Positions 52,783-61,543 of a stretch of 64,000 nt of DNA are shown piece by piece. Numbering within the stretch: the first letter of the stretch is position 1; each line of letters begins with the position of its first letter. The notes beneath the pieces are model-generated. The model worked only from the letters and a program-made list of their open reading frames with translations, was not told the DNA's origin and did no database searches. The stretch is from a virus (lineage: Duplodnaviria; Caudoviricetes): the IMG/VR virus record IMGVR_UViG_3300042858_000011, positions 1-64,000 of that record; one strand, 5' to 3'. The translations under genes and the position numbers were made by a program.

Positions 52783-54462
52783 ATGCTTGGTTTGCTAGAG
52801 TTATTGAAACCATCAACATATGTGATTGAAGTATCATTCTTCTGTGCATTACAAAATAAAAAGATGCTAGATTTAATCAAAAACATTCTACCCTATTGGA
52901 GTATGCTTGCAACTGAGGAGCAAAAACCTTTATTATCAATGTTAAATACATTTGTGAATAAGGGTATACCAGAACATGATTTCAAACTATCACAGCCATT
53001 GGAGTTTTATTACAAACTATTTGATGTAGCAAATCTCGATGAATTGCAATCAACAATATTGGATAGGTTATATAAAATACAATTTATTGCTAAGGTATAT
53101 GAGAAGATTCAACTACTCCAGCATCCAATACATGACTATAATAAAGTTGAAATGCTTGTTAGTGAATTGTTATCTGATCTTAATGAAGTTAGAGATAAAG
53201 AGCTAACAGAGAAAATCTTCAATGCAAAAGATTTATTAAATGTAACAGAAATATCTGATTTGAAATTGGTTAGTTTGATACCAGAGCTAGATTTAGTATT
53301 AGGAGGATTTTATGTTAATAATCTTTATCTGTTTGCCGCAGGATTGGGACAGGGTAAATCATTTACATTACTTAACATGGCAGTAGGATTTTCAGTTTTC
53401 CTAAAAGCATTTGAAAACTACTATAAAGATTGGTATGGTAAAAAACCAGTTGTTTTATACATATCACTGGAAAATACTAGCGTTCAGATCAGGAACAGAT
53501 TATACACATTACTAAATGATTGCACATTAACAATACCAAAAGAAAAAAATACTCCTTTGAAACAATTATTCCAAGCTGTGGATAACTTCTATATTATATC
53601 TTTATCAGATGAGATAGTGGATTATGTTTACATAGAGAATATTGTGTTGTCGATGCAATCAAAAAATATGCATCCAGTTGTCATTGTGTTAGATTATATG
53701 GATGAGTTATATGCTCCTGCTAACATAAGTGAACATAGACATAAGTTAGGTTATAATGCTAGAATGTTAAGAAAGATAGCTATGAATCACAATCTACTAG
53801 TTGTATCAGCTACACAGATAAACAGAAAAGGCATTGAAGAAGGTAATATATCCATTACACATTTATCAGAATCGATAGAGCATGGTAAAGTAACAGATGC
53901 ATTGATTGGTTTGGTTCCGGTAACAATAAACAAAGGTTATGTTATTACAAATCAACCTTTAACCAGAGATATTATTAAAAGCAGTCTAGACAACAAAGCA
54001 GATGCAATTGGAATGATAAATAGCATGTATCTCAAAGTATTAAAAAATAGACCAAATCTATTAACAGGATTTGGGTATGCAATTAGTAATCAAAGTTTAA
54101 CAGGATTTAGATCTCTCATATATGGATTGAATTATGAAATCTCAATCTATCTTGTTCCAAGTTTACATTCATATTTAGGAGATGATTATATAACTACAAA
54201 CTATGATATATTGCATAGCAGTGTTACAAATAGAATAGCACCATTCGTAAAAAATCTTGATGTTAAGGATTACAGTAAATATCAATACGGATTAGAGTTA
54301 ATATCAAATCTACTTGGTATTGATATAAAACAAATAAATGTAAATAATGAAAACATAGAAAATGACTTTGTAGTAAGTAATATCAATCAAAACATAGATG
54401 CACTTGATATCATAGATGATTTTGAAGCATTCGAACAAAAAAGTTTAGATTTAGATATATAG
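52783..54462 (+). CDS. DnaB/gp41-like replicative helicase
   Basis: LDLVLGGF, AGLGQGKS, YISLEN, VLDYMD, SATQINR, SESIE. Confidence 0.92.
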   Translation: MLGLLELLKPSTYVIEVSFFCALQNKKMLDLIKNILPYWSMLATEEQKPLLSMLNTFVNKGIPEHDFKLSQPLEFYYKLFDVANLDELQSTILDRLYKIQFIAKVYEKIQLLQHPIHDYNKVEMLVSELLSDLNEVRDKELTEKIFNAKDLLNVTEISDLKLVSLIPELDLVLGGFYVNNLYLFAAGLGQGKSFTLLNMAVGFSVFLKAFENYYKDWYGKKPVVLYISLENTSVQIRNRLYTLLNDCTLTIPKEKNTPLKQLFQAVDNFYIISLSDEIVDYVYIENIVLSMQSKNMHPVVIVLDYMDELYAPANISEHRHKLGYNARMLRKIAMNHNLLVVSATQINRKGIEEGNISITHLSESIEHGKVTDALIGLVPVTINKGYVITNQPLTRDIIKSSLDNKADAIGMINSMYLKVLKNRPNLLTGFGYAISNQSLTGFRSLIYGLNYEISIYLVPSLHSYLGDDYITTNYDILHSSVTNRIAPFVKNLDVKDYSKYQYGLELISNLLGIDIKQINVNNENIENDFVVSNINQNIDALDIIDDFEAFEQKSLDLDI

Positions 54463-54564
54463 TTTTTTTGCTATGGAATTATAAAATGTCATAGGAAAAA
54501 AGAAAGTTCAAGCAAAGATTTCACATAGCTTGAAAAGGCTTAAGTTAAGCTTAAATTCATAGAC

Positions 54565-55311
54565 ATGGATACTCTGGAAATTATAGGACAAAGGCTAAAA
54601 CAAGCACGAGAAACTGTAGGCTACACGCCAGAAGAGGTCTCACAAAAGCTTGGAATTAGCACGGATGAAATTTTGCTTTTTGAAAGCGGAAGGAAAAGCC
54701 CGCCACTTAGCCTTTTGAGAAAACTTGCCAAACTCTATGGAGTCTTTGATAGCTACTTCTATGGGATAGATAAACCCGAAGGAACCGCCTTTACCCTACT
54801 TCTTGATAAAGCCAAAAAACTCTCTTTTCCTCCTGAAACCATAAGCCAGCTTCACCGCTTTGTTTTTCTGTGTAGGGAGATAGTAAAGCTTAGGCAAAAG
54901 CTTGGCATTCCAAAGCCTGAAATTCCTCGCCATATAGATAACCAAGAGAACTTGGGAGAACTCTTGGAGAATATGGGTATCCCAGTAATCAGGATGTCCT
55001 TAGGCAAAGAACTTTCTTCCGCCATGGTTTGTGATAAAAGGTTTGGTGCGTTTATCCTCGTGAATTCCGATTGTCCTGACCAAAACCAGCTTATTGCCCA
55101 TGAGTATGCCCGCATCCTTCAGGGAGAAAAAATTCATCTAAATGCTAAAGATTGCCCAAAAGCCATGCCACTACAAAGCAGAACTTCACGACCTGTGTCC
55201 AAGGTTCTTTGGGAACTTGTTTTGACTGCGGTAAAACACGGACTGATAAGCACCAGTTATGCATCCGATTTGCTTGAAATAAGTCCTATGGAAATTGAAG
55301 AGTTTTCATAA
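54565..55311 (+). CDS. XRE-family HTH regulator with degenerate ImmA/IrrE peptidase domain
   Basis: IGQRLKQARE...ESGRKSP...LAKLYGV; ILVNS...IAHEYAR; host-like GC. Confidence 0.85.
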   Translation: MDTLEIIGQRLKQARETVGYTPEEVSQKLGISTDEILLFESGRKSPPLSLLRKLAKLYGVFDSYFYGIDKPEGTAFTLLLDKAKKLSFPPETISQLHRFVFLCREIVKLRQKLGIPKPEIPRHIDNQENLGELLENMGIPVIRMSLGKELSSAMVCDKRFGAFILVNSDCPDQNQLIAHEYARILQGEKIHLNAKDCPKAMPLQSRTSRPVSKVLWELVLTAVKHGLISTSYASDLLEISPMEIEEFS

Positions 55312-55331
55312 AGCCCGCACGGGCTTCTTAT
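55311..55331 (+). terminator. Rho-independent hairpin terminator
   Basis: AAGCCCG / CGGGCTT inverted repeat directly after the stop. Confidence 0.55.
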
Positions 55332-55501
55332 TGGTGCGGGCAATTTTTCCTGATGAATTTTGATAAGACTGTAAGCTGATGGTAAGCTGTTAGTTCTATA
55401 GCATCGCCCTCCAGATCTATCACCCTAACTGGTCCCGTCCCCTCCCTCTCAATGAAAAAAAAGGGAGGGCGGAGAGGGTTTGTTCTATGTTTCTGGTCTC
55501 A

Positions 55502-55948
55502 TCAGTCTTCATAGTAGACTCTGTAGTTATCATCCTCCTGATAACTCCTTAGCAGGCTTTCTGCTTCGTCCTTTGTCAACAGTTCTGCATATTCTCCCTC
55601 TTTCAAGGTTGACAGTTTTCCGATAGGTTTGCCCTTGTCAAAGATTACCACGTATCTCAACTCACTCGCGCTAAAAGCATCACGGGTATTCTCATGGGTC
55701 GCCAAGTAGATGTGTGGAGTAATCTGATACAACCGAATGATGTCGTGATACCATCCGCCATCATTATGGCGTACATTACCAAATCTCCTCCAGCAATCAC
55801 ACCTCTCGTAGATCGTAACGATAGGCGTTAGACTGTTCAAAGATTCCATCCACTGCTCTTCCGTATGATACACGTATAAGCTAATGTCTCCAAGGCGGGA
55901 ACTCCACCAGAGTTCCCTATCGTCTGGGTAGTATGCGGTTTGTTGCAT
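55502..55948 (-). CDS. Hypothetical protein (SD-led)
   Basis: 148-aa ORF with strong SD AGGAGGT. Confidence 0.7.
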   Translation of the reverse strand: MQQTAYYPDDRELWWSSRLGDISLYVYHTEEQWMESLNSLTPIVTIYERCDCWRRFGNVRHNDGGWYHDIIRLYQITPHIYLATHENTRDAFSASELRYVVIFDKGKPIGKLSTLKEGEYAELLTKDEAESLLRSYQEDDNYRVYYED

Positions 55949-56145
55949 GTTTATTACCTCCTGTGGGTTTTATTTGTTTATTAAATTTAGGTAGATTTTT
56001 ATTCTGATCTTAAAGTGATTTTTTTGTTATTGTTTTTTACTAAATAGATAACATGCTAGTTGAGAGTCTCTTATAGCTTCTCTTCATTCCTTTATCTCCT
56101 TATTTATAAATGGAGCCGTAGGAGAGGCTCCTGAGGAAGTAAAAG

Positions 56146-56664
56146 TCAATAGACTTTTATCTTTACTGGATTTAAAGCTGTCATTAATCTTGGAAGTAGT
56201 TCCTCTAAGTCTTCTTGACTGCCTACGAAGATATAACCTCCATCAAGCTCTAATTTTGCAATCGTCTCAAGTTCTTGCTTATCCCAAACATACACTGCAA
56301 AGTATTCCTCTTCAAATCCAACAAAAGCATGGACTATATACAAATCACACATCACAACCCGATAAACATCTATATGGTAGAGAATGTCCGACCCTTCTAC
56401 TCTAAAAAGTATCTCAAGAACCAATGCTGCTCCTTCATTTGCGAAATGATTTTCTTTTGGGTTTTCTTCCACTTCCACCTCATAATCATTAATAGAGTGC
56501 ACAATCTCAAAATGCTTTCCATACGGTGGAACAAACGGAACAAGCACTTCCTTCGTTCTTGCAAAACCTAAGTCTCTTAGTATTTTGTCAAGTTTTTCTT
56601 TCGTCATAGCTTCACCTCCTTCTTTAGTGTTTTCGGTTATGTTCTTAAGTTCTTCCATCTTCAT
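56146..56664 (-). CDS. Hypothetical acidic protein (SD-led, dual start)
   Basis: SD AAGGAGGTG before ATG 56664, plus a second in-frame SD+ATG. Confidence 0.7.
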   Translation of the reverse strand: MKMEELKNITENTKEGGEAMTKEKLDKILRDLGFARTKEVLVPFVPPYGKHFEIVHSINDYEVEVEENPKENHFANEGAALVLEILFRVEGSDILYHIDVYRVVMCDLYIVHAFVGFEEEYFAVYVWDKQELETIAKLELDGGYIFVGSQEDLEELLPRLMTALNPVKIKVY

Positions 56665-56681
56665 GGCAAACACCTCCTTTG

Positions 56682-57140
56682 TTATATTCTCACAACGGGT
56701 AGGTTATTCAGTTCTTCCTCAGCTCTTTCTCTTGCTTCTTCCCACAAAGCGTCCTCTTCATCTTCTCCGTAATAATCACTTAACCTCTCTGCCCATTCTT
56801 CTGTAAGCCTCTCATACGCATATTCGTAGGTCTCATACACATTGTTATACCAAAACAGATTCTTCCTACCATACTCGTCGAAATACGGCGGAAACTCAAT
56901 CTCACGACCTCCAAAATCGTCAGGAATGAAAACCTTTTTCCCTTCCAATTTCTCAGACAAGAAAACACTCTTTCCTACTCCAGGTGGGATACTCCAAAAC
57001 TCTTCGTAATCCTCCTCATCTGTAAATTCTACAATGAGAAAGGTATGAATACGATTAGCCGCATCAATTGTACTCCAGATCACTCTTAGATCCCTCATAG
57101 CTTCTCCTCCTTCTTGGGTTAGCTGTTGCTTCTTCCTCAT
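56682..57140 (-). CDS. Hypothetical acidic protein (SD-led, dual start)
   Basis: SD AGGAGGTG before ATG 57140, plus a second in-frame SD+ATG. Confidence 0.7.
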   Translation of the reverse strand: MRKKQQLTQEGGEAMRDLRVIWSTIDAANRIHTFLIVEFTDEEDYEEFWSIPPGVGKSVFLSEKLEGKKVFIPDDFGGREIEFPPYFDEYGRKNLFWYNNVYETYEYAYERLTEEWAERLSDYYGEDEEDALWEEARERAEEELNNLPVVRI

Positions 57141-57321
57141 GTCTTCACCTCCTAAAGTTTTATTTATATATTTAATTTTATACAACTTTATAAAAATCAA
57201 GAGGGCATATTATGATTTGCGTCATGTCCTCATTCCCTTTGAATATGCGTGTAGAACAGAGAACTCAGTGTTAGGTCTTTGTATCTTTTCCAGATAAGCT
57301 TTAGAAAGTCCCTTATTTGAC

Positions 57322-57375
57322 GGGACACCCTTCACAGTATTGAAAATCAACCTGTTCAGAAGGGTAGGGTGTCCC
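57322..57375. repeat. Inverted repeat GGGACACCCT...AGGGTGTCCC
   Basis: Perfect 10-bp arms with further pairing (CCCTTC/GAAGGG). Confidence 0.7.
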
Positions 57376-57458
57376 ATTTTTTTGTCAAATTATAGGAATA
57401 CAATAAGTTCAATAACAAAAAAAGAGGGAGGAAGAGGGCAATTATGAAGAGCTTCTAA

Positions 57459-59195
57459 TTACCTTTGAACGATAAGTCTACCTACTACATTAGGATAGAT
57501 TACAGATACTCCGAATCTATGAACAGCAGTCATTGCTTGACCAAGAGTATTTGCAGGATAAGGTATCATATGGGTTGCATAAGGTGCATATATTGCAGTA
57601 GAGAAGAATTCTTGTTTGGATTTGAGTACAAGTAAGTTCCTACCAACAGGAAGTATAGGTGTAGGCAATACCTTTATCCATTCTTCAGATCCATCTTTGC
57701 TTCTGGTGTATATCTTGAATGGGTCTGCTTTCGTTACAGGGTCGGATACCCACTTACCTATGTTAACAAGTAGTGAAGCATCTTCAACATTCATCACAAG
57801 TATGGGTTCTACTTCGGGAACAGGTGTATTCCTGAGTATCTTACCAAGCAGGTTAGATATTGCATAAGGGAAATGAGTCATAACGTACATGCCTGGTCCC
57901 CAACTGTAAGCAGCAAGAGCAGCAGCAGTCATATCTACAGATTCTTCTATGTTATGAACAAGTGATGCATTATACAAGTTCATTAGAAGGAATGCATCAG
58001 TGTTAAGTGCAATTATAGCAGATAGTATGCTACTTACTTCGCCGAGTATGTCGAGATTGAAGAGAACTTGAGCATCAAAAGCCATTTCGGGAGATACAAG
58101 TATTGTGCTTTCAAGCCTGTTTTCAGCAAGAGTTTGTCTTGCAAGTTCAAGTCTGAGCTTCCTAGCAGGATCTCTCGCTTCATAGGCTACTCTTGCATAT
58201 ATCTCTATACCTTGAACTTCAGGAGCAGTTCCACCAGTTACTATAACAGTTATAGTGAAATCACCAGATTTGAAGTCTACTCTACCAGTTACATTAACAG
58301 TGTAGGTATTGGCACTAATAGTTACAGTCCCAGCTCCGGTTATAGCACCAGATGATTCAATATTGGAAGATACATTTATTGTTCCAGATGTCGCACCATC
58401 AGTTATACGAACAGCTATTACTCTAAAATCAGGTGTTACTCTAAGCTTATTGTCAGGAGCAACAGTCGCAGGAGGCAACAAGTTAGCATCACGTAGAATG
58501 TTATACACATTACCTCTTATTATCTCTTCTGCAGAAGGAGTTGTAGCGGGAACAAATACACCCTGCCCAGGAGCTGTTCCGTAATAGCCAAGAGAATCTC
58601 CACTGAGAAGTCTACCAGTTGTCATGTCTACTGATAGATAGGATGAGAATGGATAAGGATTTGTAGAGTTAGTTAGTTCTTCATAAAACCTGAAGAAGTA
58701 AACATAGGCACCTGGAGCAGACATATTCCTGACATCATATACTTGCGTTGCAACAAGTCTTGGATACATAAACCTTATCAGTGGTGCCAAATACATAAAG
58801 TATGGTATCACATTAGCAGATGTATTTTCTGTAGCTATAGCCCTAAGACTATTTTCATACAAAACTTTAATGGCTTTGGATAGTGAATATACTTCTGCCT
58901 CTGATAGATTACCTTGTTCTGCAACTATATCGGTTACTATTGCATTGGATATTAAATCAATTACAGTCTTATCACCTTGTAAAGCTCTTTTTGCCAGTTC
59001 TGATATTTTATCTACAAATTCTGATGGATTTTTAGATGCATTAACCTTAGTTATATCCGAATAAAATTCTTTTACTATTTTCTTGGCATCTTCAACATTC
59101 TTATTTGCCATTTCCATTGCTAGACTGTAAATTCTTTTCGTAGATATAATTGAGTCAGATGGGTAAAATCTTGATAGTCTTACGTCTTTATCCAT
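57459..59195 (-). CDS. Major capsid protein (T4 gp23-like)
   Basis: PLIRFMYPRLVA..YDVRNMSAPGAYVYF, SPEMAFDAQ..FNLDILGEVSSILSAIIALNTD, IYAPY, HRFGV. Confidence 0.88.
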   Translation of the reverse strand: MDKDVRLSRFYPSDSIISTKRIYSLAMEMANKNVEDAKKIVKEFYSDITKVNASKNPSEFVDKISELAKRALQGDKTVIDLISNAIVTDIVAEQGNLSEAEVYSLSKAIKVLYENSLRAIATENTSANVIPYFMYLAPLIRFMYPRLVATQVYDVRNMSAPGAYVYFFRFYEELTNSTNPYPFSSYLSVDMTTGRLLSGDSLGYYGTAPGQGVFVPATTPSAEEIIRGNVYNILRDANLLPPATVAPDNKLRVTPDFRVIAVRITDGATSGTINVSSNIESSGAITGAGTVTISANTYTVNVTGRVDFKSGDFTITVIVTGGTAPEVQGIEIYARVAYEARDPARKLRLELARQTLAENRLESTILVSPEMAFDAQVLFNLDILGEVSSILSAIIALNTDAFLLMNLYNASLVHNIEESVDMTAAALAAYSWGPGMYVMTHFPYAISNLLGKILRNTPVPEVEPILVMNVEDASLLVNIGKWVSDPVTKADPFKIYTRSKDGSEEWIKVLPTPILPVGRNLLVLKSKQEFFSTAIYAPYATHMIPYPANTLGQAMTAVHRFGVSVIYPNVVGRLIVQR

Positions 59196-59331
59196 AACGT
59201 TCTTCTGCTAAAAAGTTGTGAGTAAACAACTTTAAATATTAATGCAAAAAATTTTTTACAAGTATGCTAAAGATAATACTGTAAGAAAACAAACATTTTA
59301 TTATTGGATGCTATCATTTAACACACCTCCG

Positions 59332-59518
59332 CAAGAAGTCTCCATCTTCCGTAAGGTGGAGATTAATTGCGAAAGACTTGACAAGGTTCTTATTTTGGAC
59401 TATATTAATAAATGTCCCGATAATCAAGGGACCTAGGGCTGGAGCGGCCCGAAGTTAAGCCTGTGGAGAGGCGAAAGCCTCTATGAAGCAGGAAGCTCCA
59501 CCTATTGGAGCGGCTCAC
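59332..59518 (+). mobile_element. Non-autonomous IS200/IS605 derivative containing an omegaRNA-like right end
   Basis: Left-end hairpin CAAGAAGTCTCCATCTT..AAGGTGGAGA; right end GCCTGTGGAG...TGAAGCAGGAAGCTCC...GGAGCGGCTCAC ending in TCAC; no tnpA/tnpB ORF. Confidence 0.75.
59378..59406 (+). promoter_or_regulatory. sigma70-type promoter inside the mini-IS
   Basis: TTGACA-N17-TATATT. Confidence 0.7.
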
Positions 59519-60837
59519 TCGATATTGTTCTCAAATTGCCAAACAAGATAGTTAACTGATCCAACTTTCTTTGATTCTGGTGTTACAATAGGGTCCAAGT
59601 ATCCCAACATATCTGTTACAAGTCTTATTTTGTGACTTAATCTCTTCATTGCAAATTTATGAGCATATGTAGCTTTTAACTGTAACATAACTTCTGATAT
59701 AGGATTATGTATTTTATCCTCTACATATTCAACTTGCATTATCTTATACAAAATGGATAGAGATGTTGAATGCTTTCTGGGCAATTTTCGTGTTCTAATT
59801 CTCTCATACACCAAGTGCATTAGTTGTCTAACCAATGGATGCAATAAGAATGTTTTGAATCTTACTGTTTTGCTTTTTAGTGAGCTATACAAACCACAAT
59901 TTTTTATATAATTGTAGAAGTCATTGCTTGGAACAAATGTAAATAGAAAGTAATAGGGATCTTTAAACTCCTGTCTAACCAATGGATCAAATATAGCACT
60001 TATCTCTCCATATAATAATGTCATTATCTCAAAAGAATGTTTACCCATAAGTCTTTCTAATAACCTACTTCCACCGTAGTCCTTGAATGATTTTGCAAAT
60101 CTTCTCCTATAATTGCTTTCATATGTTACATCTACAATTAATTGTTTATTGACTGATGTATCTGTATACACAATAGATGTTTCCGTTTCTTGTATTGTTA
60201 TATATTTAACTTTCTTTCCTTTTGTTACAGTAGTTACTATGTTTGATTGATTATTATCTAGCTCTTGCATATCAACTTGAAAGCCAGTTTGTTGTAAAAC
60301 CATATACAACAAATCTAGCAAGGATAAATTACTTTCCATTAAACTTTCATCATTCTTGAGCAAATACAATATCAAAAAGTTCAATATAGGTAATGTTTTA
60401 TGTTTTGATTCATATAAGATTGGTTTTGTTTCATCTAAAATATTTTTAAACACTACTTTCCTATACAGATTAGATAATTTTGCATCCATACTCTCTGTTC
60501 CAAATCTATCCAAGAACTTATCTGCGATTGAGTAAATAAATACATATCGTTGTCCATTAACTATTATGTAGTTTCCAATAAACCTAGGAATGAATGTTTT
60601 ATAATTACAAATTGCTCCATCCTTTTTGTCCTTCAAACTATATTTGATAGTATAAACAGATACTAATCCGTCTGTTGACATGAGATCTTCTTCCTCAATT
60701 TGTAAATCAATTAATTCAGCATCAATCAGATCACAAAACCAAATTATGGTATTTTTAACATCTTCTGTAATATTGTTTAATACTTGTTTGCGATATGAAA
60801 TGGGTTTACTGTCTATGTTTAGGTTTATGAAATACAT
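59515..60837 (-). CDS. RNA polymerase beta-subunit N-terminal/middle fragment
   Basis: IPRFIGNYIIVNGQRYV (region A), NPISEV, GYLDPIVTPESKKVGSVNYL (equivalent to GRxCPIETPEGxNIGL); CTAAATTT at -14. Confidence 0.85.
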   Translation of the reverse strand: MYFINLNIDSKPISYRKQVLNNITEDVKNTIIWFCDLIDAELIDLQIEEEDLMSTDGLVSVYTIKYSLKDKKDGAICNYKTFIPRFIGNYIIVNGQRYVFIYSIADKFLDRFGTESMDAKLSNLYRKVVFKNILDETKPILYESKHKTLPILNFLILYLLKNDESLMESNLSLLDLLYMVLQQTGFQVDMQELDNNQSNIVTTVTKGKKVKYITIQETETSIVYTDTSVNKQLIVDVTYESNYRRRFAKSFKDYGGSRLLERLMGKHSFEIMTLLYGEISAIFDPLVRQEFKDPYYFLFTFVPSNDFYNYIKNCGLYSSLKSKTVRFKTFLLHPLVRQLMHLVYERIRTRKLPRKHSTSLSILYKIMQVEYVEDKIHNPISEVMLQLKATYAHKFAMKRLSHKIRLVTDMLGYLDPIVTPESKKVGSVNYLVWQFENNIE

Positions 60838-60886
60838 GATAGTAAATTTAGTATGGGTGCTCAAAAAAAATGTTTTATTTTTTTTG

Positions 60887-61513
60887 TTATAGTAATATAT
60901 CATCTGAATCTGATGATACATTTACAGTCACATCAGATAGATCCAAATCCAATTCATCTTCTATTGTATCTGATTTATCAATTTCGGATATTTTCTTTTT
61001 AGATGGTGCTTCTGTTGTATATTTATTGTATAGTTCCCAGAATCTTGTAGCATCTCTTTCAATTCTTTTTAATGTGACACCTTTTCTCATTAGTTCTTCA
61101 ATTGCATTAATAACCCTATCAATCTCCTCTTTGACATTTTCCAATACTTCATCATTTATCTCATTGTCCATTTTTGTTCCAATTTCTCTTAGATATAATG
61201 CATGATTTTCTTTTATCACTGCTATGTATGGAGATGTTTTCAATCCTGTAGCTGATGTCAATCTGTTTGAATAAATCAATGCTACTGTATATCCATTCGC
61301 ATCATACAATTTGGTTCCTAGTAGCAAATTCTCTCTTTTCTTAATCACAATTACGTGATCTTTGGATATTGGCTCAATTATTTTGAATTTTTTATTTGCT
61401 GGAAATCCGACTAAATTGCTACCTACTAACGTACAATAATATATTTGTTCATCATATTTAATTGGTTTGAATACACTTGATAATTTTTCTATGGAGATTA
61501 CTCTGACCTTCAT
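60887..61513 (-). CDS. Hypothetical protein with acidic tail
   Basis: CTAAATTT at -14 of ATG 61513. Confidence 0.6.
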   Translation of the reverse strand: MKVRVISIEKLSSVFKPIKYDEQIYYCTLVGSNLVGFPANKKFKIIEPISKDHVIVIKKRENLLLGTKLYDANGYTVALIYSNRLTSATGLKTSPYIAVIKENHALYLREIGTKMDNEINDEVLENVKEEIDRVINAIEELMRKGVTLKRIERDATRFWELYNKYTTEAPSKKKISEIDKSDTIEDELDLDLSDVTVNVSSDSDDILL

Positions 61514-61543
61514 GTCTATAAATTTAGACAAGTTGTAAAAAAC

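Noticed and set aside
59242-59436. 64-aa ORF upstream of the capsid gene
   Set aside because: It runs through the mini-IS left end and promoter with no recognizable product; likely spurious
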